Of a stretch of DNA of 60,113 nucleotides, positions 15,849 to 24,734 are shown piece by piece. Below the pieces are notes generated by a model. The model was not told the origin of the DNA. It saw nothing but the letters and a program-made list of their open reading frames with translations, and did no database searches. Both the position numbers and the translations under genes were made by a program. Each line of letters begins with the position of its first letter. The stretch's first letter is position 1. Source of the stretch: a virus (Duplodnaviria > Caudoviricetes); IMG/VR virus record IMGVR_UViG_3300030105_001581, positions 1 to 60,113 of that record; one strand, 5' to 3'.

Positions 15849-16097
15849 ATGGAATATAAAGTAATTAGAGAAACACGATTTAATTGTTTCGATAAAGAAA
15901 TTGGCAAATCAGTTTTCTTAGCTGAATGGTCAACAGAATTAGATGATATCATTTCTATTCTTGATGACACTACAATTTACCATACAGAAGAAAAAGAAAC
16001 TTCATATGGTCATGTAGAATGGGAAGCAATATTTAGAGATAAAGATTTTGCAGATACCAGTTTTCTTGATGAAAGCCAATTAATTAAAAACGATTAG
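15849..16097 (+). CDS. Acidic hypothetical protein
   Basis: 82 aa; AAACCAAC leader. Confidence 0.6.
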   Translation: MEYKVIRETRFNCFDKEIGKSVFLAEWSTELDDIISILDDTTIYHTEEKETSYGHVEWEAIFRDKDFADTSFLDESQLIKND

Positions 16098-16099
16098 CT

Positions 16100-16285
16100 A
16101 TGAAATCAGTACAAGATGATTTTTGGAATCACAGCATCAATCCTATTACTGGATATGTTGTAGAAAAGCATGAGATGAAAAATCTTGTTTCTAGTTACAA
16201 ATATATTACAACACCTTTTGTAATCCCCAAAGAAATAAAAATACGACCATATAGTATTTTATATGATATAATAATTAGTGCCTAA
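16100..16285 (+). CDS. Hypothetical protein
   Basis: 61 aa; FWNHSINPITGY. Confidence 0.55.
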   Translation: MKSVQDDFWNHSINPITGYVVEKHEMKNLVSSYKYITTPFVIPKEIKIRPYSILYDIIISA

Positions 16286-16286
16286 A

Positions 16287-16332
16287 GGATAGCATGGTTG
16301 CATGGAGGAATTCGATTTTCCTCCTATCCACA
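16287..16332 (+). ncRNA. tRNA-like mini-element, copy 2
   Basis: GGATAG/CTATCC stem; GAGGAA-TTCGATT-TTCCTC T-arm; 3' ACA. Confidence 0.55.
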
Positions 16333-16333
16333 A

Positions 16334-16347
16334 TGAGAATATTCTCA
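16334..16347. promoter_or_regulatory. Perfect palindrome TGAGAATATTCTCA, copy 2
   Basis: Inside identical block CACAATGAGAATATTCTCAGAGATTAAA shared with copy 1. Confidence 0.65.
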
Positions 16348-16365
16348 GAGATTAAACAAACAAAC

Positions 16366-16434
16366 ATGAACGCACTAATATTTTTAGCACCTAGTTTTTT
16401 ATATTTAATAGTATTAATTTTAATAAGCAAATGA
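16366..16434 (+). CDS. Hydrophobic single-TM micropeptide, 22 aa
   Basis: MNALIFLAPSFLYLIVLILISK; AAACAAAC leader; ATGA overlap with next gene. Confidence 0.45.
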   Translation: MNALIFLAPSFLYLIVLILISK

Positions 16435-16658
16435 CAAAATTAAGAGGAACATATCAGAGGGTAGAAAAAGAGTATACCCTTTCTGTTGATTACACTTACG
16501 AGTGGGAAGATGCAGAATGGGATTATCCTGGAAGTGCTGATTTGGAAGTCACTGAGGCATACCTAAATTCAGAGACTATACCTATGGCGTTTTATCACGA
16601 GTATATTCATGATAAGGTTGAAGATGATTTAAATGAACACGCAAAAGACAATATATGA
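16431..16658 (+). CDS. Acidic hypothetical protein
   Basis: 75 aa; EWDYPGSA motif. Confidence 0.65.
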   Translation: MTKLRGTYQRVEKEYTLSVDYTYEWEDAEWDYPGSADLEVTEAYLNSETIPMAFYHEYIHDKVEDDLNEHAKDNI

Positions 16659-16912
16659 AAATCTTAAAAAAATTTGGAGTAAGAAGGGGTTACCTAAAAG
16701 AAACTCATATTGCTTTTTTAATTAAGGCAATGTATAGACCCAAGTCTAGACCCAAACCGGGGAGCATGCTAGAGATATTTGTAGAAGCGAGTGTTGACGA
16801 TTATGAGGGAATAAGAGGGGTTAGCCTTCGCGAGAACGGAACTAATAAAATTCTTCTCCTGGAGAACTTAGACAAGGATGGTCTACATGAATTAATTATT
16901 AAGCAGTTATGA
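16655..16912 (+). CDS. Hypothetical protein
   Basis: 85 aa; ATGA coupling. Confidence 0.6.
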   Translation: MKILKKFGVRRGYLKETHIAFLIKAMYRPKSRPKPGSMLEIFVEASVDDYEGIRGVSLRENGTNKILLLENLDKDGLHELIIKQL

Positions 16913-17127
16913 AAAAAGCAATAACAATAATTTGTAGTATATTCATATCTGGTTTTGCTTCACAGGAGTATACAAAGGCAGAATTTAAAGCTAGGGCAAA
17001 AGCCTTAGAAATAATCCCCTCGGAATCATTAGATGGCTACCATAGTTGGGATCAAGACGTTTGCTACACATGGCAAGACATTGAATTAATTTTATTTAAC
17101 GAAATACAAAAATCATGGAGAAGATAA
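16909..17127 (+). CDS. Small protein with signal peptide-like N-terminus
   Basis: MKKAITIICSIFISGFASQ. Confidence 0.55.
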   Translation: MKKAITIICSIFISGFASQEYTKAEFKARAKALEIIPSESLDGYHSWDQDVCYTWQDIELILFNEIQKSWRR

Positions 17128-17372
17128 TTGAAAAAATTAAAGAGAGGATGAAACAGAGTAAAAAGCGAGCATTAGAGAGGAATATACTTTTTTCTAAACT
17201 CATTGACAATGATCGCAAATGCAGAGCATTAAGATTAACGATGGCCAGAAAATACATCAAGGATGGTAATCTTCTGGAAGACGAGAGATCAATGAAAAGA
17301 TTTATAAAATCTATGGATTTGACTGTGGAGCAGTTAAACATCAGAAAGCAACTTAAATATCAATCATCATGA
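17115..17372 (+). CDS. Basic hypothetical protein
   Basis: 85 aa ORF in operon. Confidence 0.55.
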   Translation: MEKIIEKIKERMKQSKKRALERNILFSKLIDNDRKCRALRLTMARKYIKDGNLLEDERSMKRFIKSMDLTVEQLNIRKQLKYQSS

Positions 17373-17485
17373 TATACGAACCAATAGTAGATGAAACCAA
17401 TATAGACTTTCTTTTAAAGAGCAATGAAGCCCTGAGAGAGGAAGTGGATAGATTAAAAAAATTAATAGCTGCCCTTAATAAGTAG
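17369..17485 (+). CDS. Coiled-coil microprotein, 38 aa
   Basis: MIYEPIVDETNIDFLLKSNEALREEVDRLKKLIAALNK; ATGA overlap, ends before terminator. Confidence 0.55.
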   Translation: MIYEPIVDETNIDFLLKSNEALREEVDRLKKLIAALNK

Positions 17486-17510
17486 CTACTGATGTTGTTT
17501 TGTTTGTTTG

Positions 17511-17540
17511 AAAGGGTAGCAGAAATGTTGCCCTTTTTTT
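17511..17540 (+). terminator. Rho-independent terminator closing the early region
   Basis: AAAGGGTAGCA-GAAA-TGTTGCCCTTT with T-run. Confidence 0.8.
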
Positions 17541-17560
17541 ATGACCTGTAAAATGGACTG

Positions 17561-17592
17561 CCCATTATGGGACAAAACTACCCCATTATGGG
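17561..17592. promoter_or_regulatory. Paired quasi-palindromes CCCATTATGGG (operator-like)
   Basis: Copies at 17561-17571 and 17582-17592, 21 bp apart, upstream of the DNA-metabolism operon. Confidence 0.5.
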
Positions 17593-17714
17593 AAAACACG
17601 TAAAAAACACGTTTTGCACACATAAAAACACAACTATATTACTTCCAAGTAAGTATTAGGATTTTAACAAATAATTGCTTAAATTTATACATAAATCAAA
17701 TCAAATCAAATTAA

Positions 17715-17897
17715 ATGCATTTAACCAACGACACAATTGACCGCTTCATTGACGATGATTATCAATGTAAAGGCTATGTTCAGGCACACGACTTTATTCT
17801 TGAACTAAGAAACACCACCTTTAAAAAACTAAACGAAAATGAGTTGTTAGAGTTTCGAAAGACTCTGGCAAACGCATTAGATTTCACACTCAAATAA
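17715..17897 (+). CDS. Hypothetical protein
   Basis: 60 aa; (AAATC)3 leader and TAAATTTA promoter-like element at 17680. Confidence 0.6.
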   Translation: MHLTNDTIDRFIDDDYQCKGYVQAHDFILELRNTTFKKLNENELLEFRKTLANALDFTLK

Positions 17898-17902
17898 TTA
17901 AA

Positions 17903-18199
17903 ATGAAAGAAAAAATATTCAATCAATTTATTGATAACATATTGGACCATACTGGTCTTACTAGAGAAGAGTTTTTCTCTAAATCTCAAAACGGTGAGAT
18001 AGTGTTAGCAAGGCAAACCTTGTTCTACTTATGCATAAAAAGAAAGTTAACCGTGGGTCAGATTATGCAGTACATGAAAAACAATGACAATCAACTTCAG
18101 AGGAGTCCAATAACACATGGAGTATCCGCAATAGAGAAGCAGCTTTTAGAAGATAGTGACTTAAATGAAATAATTAATAAGCTAAGCATTGTTTTCTAA
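17903..18199 (+). CDS. DnaA C-terminal-like helix-turn-helix protein
   Basis: LTREEFFSKSQNGEIVLARQTLFYLC...RSPITHGVSAIE resembles DnaA domain IV. Confidence 0.65.
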   Translation: MKEKIFNQFIDNILDHTGLTREEFFSKSQNGEIVLARQTLFYLCIKRKLTVGQIMQYMKNNDNQLQRSPITHGVSAIEKQLLEDSDLNEIINKLSIVF

Positions 18200-18611
18200 A
18201 CTGCGCCTTGAAGAAATATTTCAAGAGGCTAAGACAGATGGAGTCAGTAAAAATATTAGCAGTAAGCTATACGAGGCATATATGAATAAGGGAGTAAAGA
18301 TTATCAAGGATACTCACTCAACAAGAATAGAAACATCTGGAATTAATTACTATCAGGAGTTGTCTGTAGAGCAGTATAAACTATTTAATAAGGGGTGGCT
18401 TTTTGGGGTGTATACAATAGCCTTAAAAAAATATCAACTTCACTTAGAAAGGCTCGATCTAAAAGTGCGTGATGAAATGAACTCAAGTAAATCTATGAAG
18501 CTGTTAGATGGACACAAGACTCATAGACATACACTTAATAAAAAACATGAAGATGTGTCAAAAAAGTTACATGAATTAACCAAAAATAAAACCAACAATT
18601 ATGAGCAATAA
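18189..18611 (+). CDS. Hypothetical protein
   Basis: 140 aa ORF in replication operon. Confidence 0.65.
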   Translation: MFSKLRLEEIFQEAKTDGVSKNISSKLYEAYMNKGVKIIKDTHSTRIETSGINYYQELSVEQYKLFNKGWLFGVYTIALKKYQLHLERLDLKVRDEMNSSKSMKLLDGHKTHRHTLNKKHEDVSKKLHELTKNKTNNYEQ

Positions 18612-19221
18612 AAAATCAGTATATGAAGTACTATCGGCAGTAGATGTCAGTACGCACGTTAAAAGAAAAGGAAACCTATCCTATTTGTCATGGGCATGGG
18701 CATGGGGAGAAGTTGCAAAGCGATACCCTGATGCTAACTATGAAGTTTATAGAAATCCAGAAACTAATCTCCCTTACGATTATGTGGAGGGAACTGGCTA
18801 TATGTGTTACACTACTGTAACTATAGAGGGTAAGTCACTACAGATGTGGTTACCAGTAATTGACTTTAAAAATAAGTCTATACTAAGCAATGCCACCACC
18901 TTTGATATTAATAAAACACTCATGCGATGCCTGACTAAGAATGTGGCTATGCATGGTCTTGGACATTATATCTATGCGGGTGAGGATCTTCCAGAGCCTT
19001 CAAAGATAGCCAGTCCACAGAGCCTTGACTTGGGTACAATTCCTAAACCTAGAGATGTTACTTTAGACATTGGGGATGACGATATGTATGTGGTCCTTAA
19101 AAAAATGGTAGAGTATAGGGACGAAGGACATTCTTTTGATAAGATCGTAAGTGGTCTAGAGAAGAAATATAAATTTAATGAAAAAACAACTAAATACTTA
19201 AAACAAGCGTACAATGGCTAA
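18601..19221 (+). CDS. Sak/Rad52-like single-strand annealing protein (DUF1071-like)
   Basis: KGNLSYLSWAWAW, MWLPVID, DINKTLMRCLTKNVAMHGLGHYIYAGEDLP. Confidence 0.85.
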   Translation: MSNKKSVYEVLSAVDVSTHVKRKGNLSYLSWAWAWGEVAKRYPDANYEVYRNPETNLPYDYVEGTGYMCYTTVTIEGKSLQMWLPVIDFKNKSILSNATTFDINKTLMRCLTKNVAMHGLGHYIYAGEDLPEPSKIASPQSLDLGTIPKPRDVTLDIGDDDMYVVLKKMVEYRDEGHSFDKIVSGLEKKYKFNEKTTKYLKQAYNG

Positions 19222-20005
19222 ACTAAAAAAAGATAAGATTATAGAGAAACTTCGTATTGATAAGCATTACTATGGAGATTATGGTTCAAAATGGATGAGC
19301 AACTCAGACATAAAAAACCTCCAGCAGGACACCTTCAAACAATTTAAAGGTAGACCTGAAGATGGTGAGAACCTGGTGAAGGGGCGGTATTTTCATCAGA
19401 GCATTCTAGAGCCTGAACTTATAATTGACTTCCCAATATGGAAGGATACAGAGATCAGAGGCAAGGCTTATAAGGAGTACTTAGCAGAGCATGGTCTAGT
19501 GTATATGTTAAAAGAGTCTGAGGCTGAAGAGATTAAGGAGATGATCGTAAATTTCTTAAGTCGCAATGAGGAGTTAACAAAGTTAATAACACACAACAAT
19601 GCTGAATACGAAACCCCAATTGTTGGAGAAATATTCGGACATCCATTCAAGGCAAAGGCGGATATTATATCTGATGGTATAGTAATAGACTTAAAGACAA
19701 CCTCTGCAAACACAATACAAAAGTTTATCTATGATGGGCGCAACAAGTACTTCTACGATACTCAGGCTTTTATATACCAGACGTTGTTTCATAAGCCTAT
19801 GACTTTTGTGGCGGTGGATAAAAATAAAAGATACTATAATAATTCTAAGGAGTATTACTGGGAGATTTATGTATGCCCTGCATCAGAGGAAACTGTACTT
19901 CAGGGGAAACAAAAGGTAGAGATGGCTCTCCAGCTCTATGAAAAATACTATGGAGAGAACAAGATAGAGGATATAAAAAACGTAATATATAACTCTAAAT
20001 TTTAA
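19214..20005 (+). CDS. PD-(D/E)XK exonuclease (RecE/exonuclease VIII-like)
   Basis: SNSDIK, GRYFHQSILEP, FKAKADII..VIDLKTT, YDTQAFIYQ; adjacent to SSAP. Confidence 0.85.
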   Translation: MAKLKKDKIIEKLRIDKHYYGDYGSKWMSNSDIKNLQQDTFKQFKGRPEDGENLVKGRYFHQSILEPELIIDFPIWKDTEIRGKAYKEYLAEHGLVYMLKESEAEEIKEMIVNFLSRNEELTKLITHNNAEYETPIVGEIFGHPFKAKADIISDGIVIDLKTTSANTIQKFIYDGRNKYFYDTQAFIYQTLFHKPMTFVAVDKNKRYYNNSKEYYWEIYVCPASEETVLQGKQKVEMALQLYEKYYGENKIEDIKNVIYNSKF

Positions 20006-20023
20006 TCAATTAAATCAATAACT

Positions 20024-20284
20024 ATGAGTGAAAATAAAGAATACATCCATAAAGAAGGTCGTGGAAGCCTATTTAAAAACAGCTATAAGAAAAAAGATAA
20101 TGATCCTGACTTCAAAGGTACAGGGACCACATTAGATGGTAAGCAAATTCAAATTGCAATGTGGAAAGGAGAGACCCAATCTGGTCAGCCAAAACTATCT
20201 CTCACATTTTCTCCACCTTATGTTAAGAAGGAAGAAAAACCAACATCCCCTGATGGGAAACAAGATGACGGCTTAGGCTTCTAA
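20024..20284 (+). CDS. Putative single-stranded DNA-binding protein (DUF736-like)
   Basis: GSLFKN..KKDNDPDFKG..IAMW..LSL, acidic aromatic C-terminus DDGLGF. Confidence 0.6.
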   Translation: MSENKEYIHKEGRGSLFKNSYKKKDNDPDFKGTGTTLDGKQIQIAMWKGETQSGQPKLSLTFSPPYVKKEEKPTSPDGKQDDGLGF

Positions 20285-20302
20285 AACACTGGCACTTTAA
20301 AG

Positions 20303-20330
20303 AAGAGGAGGGTAGTCTTCCTCTTTTTTT
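20303..20330 (+). terminator. Rho-independent terminator
   Basis: AAGAGGAGG-GTAGT-CTTCCTCTT with T-run. Confidence 0.75.
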
Positions 20331-20337
20331 GTGTGCT

Positions 20338-20476
20338 AAATGTTAAAAATTTTTTGACTTTTTCTATATATATATTTATTATTATTTATTTTTATGACTC
20401 AGTTTTCAAAAATAAAATCAACATTTTCAACACAACTCAGATAAACAAAGGGATTAGACCTAAATAATCAACATTT
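20338..20476. repeat. Second copy of origin-like element, upstream of primase-helicase
   Basis: Colinear blocks shared with 10798-10947: AAATGTTA, TATATTTATTATTA, TCAGTTT, TAAAATCAACATT, TCAGATA, AAATAATYAACATT. Confidence 0.65.
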
Positions 20477-20477
20477 A

Positions 20478-22907
20478 ATGAACACAAACCAAGAACATAT
20501 AGTCACAATCTTTAAGAATATTAAAGAAACCGACACACCTTTCTATAGAAAAGTGGAGTCAGTACTAGAAAGAATTAAAGAAGGGGCTTCAAAAGACTTA
20601 ATTCAAAAGATTAGATCTGAATCAAATAAGTCGGCTCGAAATGAACTTAAAAAAAAATTACCATCAATATGTTTTTCAGGAGAGTTTAATAAACGTAGTG
20701 ATATTTCATTAAAAAAACACTCAGGATTAATCACTTTAGATCTAGATGGGTATTCGAGACAAAAGCTGATGCTAGATGACAAGAAAAAATTTAGCAAAAA
20801 TAAGTATGTCTTTAGTGTATTTATATCACCTTCTGGAAAAGGTTTGAAGATTCTAATTAAAATTCCTCGGGACCCTAAGAATCATGTAGGCTACTTCAAT
20901 GCACTAAAGAATCATTTTAAGTCTGAGTTCTTTGATACTACCAGCAAGAACATTAGCAGGGTATGTTATGAGTCTTTTGATCCACTAATATATATTAACT
21001 CAAGCGCAGAGGTGTGGACAGAGATAGAAGAAACTCAATATAAAGAAATAATAAAAGGCGAAGGTATCAACACTATTCCTATTAACGAAGAGGATAAAAT
21101 AACCTCTAATCTAGTGAAGTGGCACACTAAAAGCTTCCCTATGGTGGATGGCATGCGCAATAATAATGCCTTTACATTAGCTATGGCTTTTAACGAGTAT
21201 GGGGTATCTGAGACAATGGCTACTATAGTATTAAGCAAGTATGCATCCTCTAGCTTTACAGTTAGCGAGATAAACAAAACTATTAAGAATGCCTACGGAC
21301 ATAGAGAAAAATACAACACAAAATATTTTGAGGACGAGGAGAAAGTAAACGATATACAACAAAGACTACGTCGAGGGGAATCTAAAAACGAAATACGTCA
21401 ACAATTATCTGATTCAATGTTGGATGATGATTTGATTGATTCAGTTATTGAAACCGCAGAAGAGAACAACTCCGTTAAGTTCTGGAATAAAAATAGTAAG
21501 GGAATAATAAAAATGTTACCCTTAATATTTAAAAAATTCCTGGAGGCTAATGGTTTTTATAAGTTCTGCCCCGAAAATCAAAGCACCTACCTATTTGTAA
21601 AGGTTACCAACAACCTTATCTCAAATACCTCAGAGAAGGAAATAAAAGATTTTATTCTTGGACACTTGATTGAGATGGATGACATGAGTATTTATAATTA
21701 CTTTGCCGATCAAACTAGGATATTTAAGGAGGAGTTCTTGACTCTTTTAGATACCATTGATATATACTTTATTGAGGATACGGTAGACACTAGCTATCTG
21801 TACTATCAAAACTGTGCTATTAAAATTACAAAGGATAAAGTAATTCCGATAGACTACCTGGAGCTAAATGGATTTGTTTGGAAAGCTCATATTATTCCAA
21901 GGGACTATAACAAGTGTGAGTTAAGTGACGGAGACTACAGGAAATTTACGGCTAATGTATGTGATAATGATTCAACAAGAATAAAGTCAATGGAGTCTAC
22001 TACTGGTTTCTTACTTCATGGATACAAAAACATTTCTTACTGTCCAGCAGTTATACTTAATGATGAAATTATCTCAGACCAAGCAAATGGTGGAACAGGA
22101 AAGGGAATATTCTTTCAGGCGATTAATGCAATTAAAAAGTTAGCTACCATAGACGGTAAGGCCTTTGCATTTGAGAAGTCTTTTCCTTATCAGACCGTAT
22201 CTGCAGATACTCAAATAATATTATTTGATGACGTCAAACAAGGCTTTCAATTTGAAAGACTCTTTAGTGTTGTAACAGAGGGATTAACTTTGGAAAAGAA
22301 AAATAAAGATGCTATAAAAATTCCTTTTAGTAAATCACCAAAAATAGCAATAACAACTAATCACATTATTAAGGGAACTGGTAACTCCTTTATCAGAAGG
22401 AAGTGGGAGCTTGAACTTACTCAGTACTATACTGAGGTGCAAACGCCCCTGGAAGAGTTTGGGAGATATCTTTTCGGAGGCTGGGATCAAGACGAGTGGT
22501 GTCAGTTTGATAACTATATGATCTACTGTCTTCAGCTTTACTTGAGCAAAGGTCTGATTAAATCAGTACTTAAAAATCAAAAGATAAAACTATTCCAAGC
22601 GGACACGGACGAGATATTTACTGAGTGGTGTGGACTCTTAGGTGATCAGCACAACCCTTTACTTAAAATTAACGAAAAGATTTACACCAACTATCTGTAC
22701 GGTGACTTTGTTACAATGAATCCTGATTACGGACAGTTTGGTAAACGTAAGCTCTCCAGGACTGAGTTCAACAAGTGGTTAAAATCTTATGCCATGTATA
22801 CTCAAGATGTTGAACCTATTTTTGATCGAGACTCCATAGGTAAATTTATAATAATAAAAACAAAGCCTACCAAGAAGGAAGCCGAACAACCAGAACTAGA
22901 ATTTTAA
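20478..22907 (+). CDS. Primase-helicase (BT4734/VirE-N-like AEP, PriCT, P-loop helicase)
   Basis: KKKLPSICFSG, HSGLITLDLD, FISPSGKGLK, SRVCYESFDP; GMRNN; Walker A GGTGKG; ILFDD. Confidence 0.85.
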   Translation: MNTNQEHIVTIFKNIKETDTPFYRKVESVLERIKEGASKDLIQKIRSESNKSARNELKKKLPSICFSGEFNKRSDISLKKHSGLITLDLDGYSRQKLMLDDKKKFSKNKYVFSVFISPSGKGLKILIKIPRDPKNHVGYFNALKNHFKSEFFDTTSKNISRVCYESFDPLIYINSSAEVWTEIEETQYKEIIKGEGINTIPINEEDKITSNLVKWHTKSFPMVDGMRNNNAFTLAMAFNEYGVSETMATIVLSKYASSSFTVSEINKTIKNAYGHREKYNTKYFEDEEKVNDIQQRLRRGESKNEIRQQLSDSMLDDDLIDSVIETAEENNSVKFWNKNSKGIIKMLPLIFKKFLEANGFYKFCPENQSTYLFVKVTNNLISNTSEKEIKDFILGHLIEMDDMSIYNYFADQTRIFKEEFLTLLDTIDIYFIEDTVDTSYLYYQNCAIKITKDKVIPIDYLELNGFVWKAHIIPRDYNKCELSDGDYRKFTANVCDNDSTRIKSMESTTGFLLHGYKNISYCPAVILNDEIISDQANGGTGKGIFFQAINAIKKLATIDGKAFAFEKSFPYQTVSADTQIILFDDVKQGFQFERLFSVVTEGLTLEKKNKDAIKIPFSKSPKIAITTNHIIKGTGNSFIRRKWELELTQYYTEVQTPLEEFGRYLFGGWDQDEWCQFDNYMIYCLQLYLSKGLIKSVLKNQKIKLFQADTDEIFTEWCGLLGDQHNPLLKINEKIYTNYLYGDFVTMNPDYGQFGKRKLSRTEFNKWLKSYAMYTQDVEPIFDRDSIGKFIIIKTKPTKKEAEQPELEF

Positions 22908-22909
22908 TT

Positions 22910-24136
22910 ATGGAATTTAGAGATTATCAAAAAGAAATAATTGACAAAGGTATGGACGTGTTGGGTGAGCATGGCTTTGTGTATCTAGCCATGGAGGTTA
23001 GAACTGGAAAGACTCTTACCAGCATGGGTATAGCTGAAGGCATGCAGATAAAGAGTATGCTTTTTATTACGAAGAAGAAGGCTATAAGCTCTATCGAAAG
23101 TGACTATAAAATGTATGGTCCCTCGTTTGACATACAAGTAATCAACTATGAGAGCCTACACAAAATAAAAGGAACCTTCGATATAATTGTTCTTGACGAG
23201 GCTCATAATATGAGATCTTTCCCTAAGCCTAGCAAAAGATCTAAGCAAGTAAAGACGCTAATTCAAAAAAATGATCCGCTTGTTATCCTTCTCTCTGGAA
23301 CTCCAACTCCTGAGTCATATAGTGAGATCTATCATCAAGTTTATGCTATCCCAGGGAATCCATTTAAAAAATACAAAAACTTCTATAGGTTTTGCGATGA
23401 TCATGTCAATGTTACTCAACGACCTATCAATGGTATAAACATAAAAGACTACCGCAAGGGAAAGGCAACCATCATGGATGCCATGCAGCCATACTTCATT
23501 AGCTTTTCTCAAAAGGAAGCAGGATTTAAGGTTGAAACTACCGAGAATATTATGCACGTTAAAATGAGCAACATCACTCACAATATTGCTAGACAACTTA
23601 AAAAGAACTTAGTAGTTGAAGGAAAGCAAGAGGTCATACTTGCAGATAGTCCCGTAAAGCTTATGGGTAAGCTCCATCAGATTTATTCCGGGACTGTAAA
23701 GTTTGAGAGTGGAGCTTCGCAAATATTAGACTTCACCAAGGCTGAGTTTATAAAGGACCAATTTAAGGGTAAAAAAATAGGCATCTTCTATAAGTTTAAA
23801 GAAGAGTTGAATGCTTTAAAGGAAGTTTTCCAGGACAATTTAACTGCCGACCTTAAAGAATTTGTTAACACTGGCAAAAACATTGCCCTTCAGATAGTTA
23901 GCGGAAGAGAGGGCATAAGTTTACGTCAAGCTGAGTGTTTAGTTTATTACAATATTGACTTCAGTGCTACTAGTTATTGGCAGTCACGAGATAGGATGAC
24001 CACCAAAGAGCGACTAAAGAATGACGTGTACTGGATCTTCTCACAAGGGGGTATTGAAGACGATATCTACAAGGCAGTTATTAACAAGAAGGACTACACC
24101 CTTAATCACTTCAAAAAAGATTTACTAAATTTATAA
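22910..24136 (+). CDS. Superfamily 2 (SNF2-like) helicase
   Basis: FRDYQ, MEVRTGKT, INYESL, LDEAH, LSGTP, SGREGISL, QSRDR. Confidence 0.88.
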   Translation: MEFRDYQKEIIDKGMDVLGEHGFVYLAMEVRTGKTLTSMGIAEGMQIKSMLFITKKKAISSIESDYKMYGPSFDIQVINYESLHKIKGTFDIIVLDEAHNMRSFPKPSKRSKQVKTLIQKNDPLVILLSGTPTPESYSEIYHQVYAIPGNPFKKYKNFYRFCDDHVNVTQRPINGINIKDYRKGKATIMDAMQPYFISFSQKEAGFKVETTENIMHVKMSNITHNIARQLKKNLVVEGKQEVILADSPVKLMGKLHQIYSGTVKFESGASQILDFTKAEFIKDQFKGKKIGIFYKFKEELNALKEVFQDNLTADLKEFVNTGKNIALQIVSGREGISLRQAECLVYYNIDFSATSYWQSRDRMTTKERLKNDVYWIFSQGGIEDDIYKAVINKKDYTLNHFKKDLLNL

Positions 24137-24144
24137 TTAATACT

Positions 24145-24561
24145 ATGAAAACACAAAAAGAACAATCAGAATACGTAGAAACTCTTAAGACCATGGAGGA
24201 ATCCGAAATAAAGGAGTTTATTAGGGAACGCCTAACTAAAGATGGAGAAAGATTAAGGTTTGAAATGAGTGGGTACGACAGTTCTGATATTCCAAATTCA
24301 TTGTACAAAAAGGGAAGCTGTACATTACATAATCAAAAAATACTAAATGTTTTCGCATATTTAGGTCTATACGATTACACTAATTTTTTATTTTTAGATT
24401 TTTACAAAGGAGGTAGTCGTCTTTACTTTAAATATTGGCGTGATGATGAATTGTTTATTGATTCTGATTTTACAAATGGGGCTACAACCACACAAATTAT
24501 TTATGAGATTTTTAAATTAACCATTTTGTCCAACAGGTTGACGAGAAGAAGAGAATGGTAA
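24145..24561 (+). CDS. Hypothetical protein
   Basis: 138 aa ORF. Confidence 0.6.
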   Translation: MKTQKEQSEYVETLKTMEESEIKEFIRERLTKDGERLRFEMSGYDSSDIPNSLYKKGSCTLHNQKILNVFAYLGLYDYTNFLFLDFYKGGSRLYFKYWRDDELFIDSDFTNGATTTQIIYEIFKLTILSNRLTRRREW

Positions 24562-24734
24562 ACAAAGAAAGCATGATAGATTTTAGCAAGTGGCCTTTTA
24601 AAAAAGGAAGTTACGAGTACTACTTTGATATGTTTTTTGATATTCCAGAGGGCATTCATGAATACTCAGATAAAGAAGCGCATAAATATGCAATAAAACG
24701 CATCGAATATGACCGAGCAACAAGTACAATCTAA
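24555..24734 (+). CDS. Hypothetical protein, 59 aa
   Basis: MVNKESMIDFSKWPFKKGSYEYYFDMFF...; fills the gap before VRR-NUC. Confidence 0.45.
   Translation: MVNKESMIDFSKWPFKKGSYEYYFDMFFDIPEGIHEYSDKEAHKYAIKRIEYDRATSTI

Noticed and set aside
15544-16332. Genuine tRNA genes or attP sites
   Set aside because: No anticodon arm or full D-arm, the two stems differ in sequence, and no integrase was recognised; kept as tRNA-like elements only
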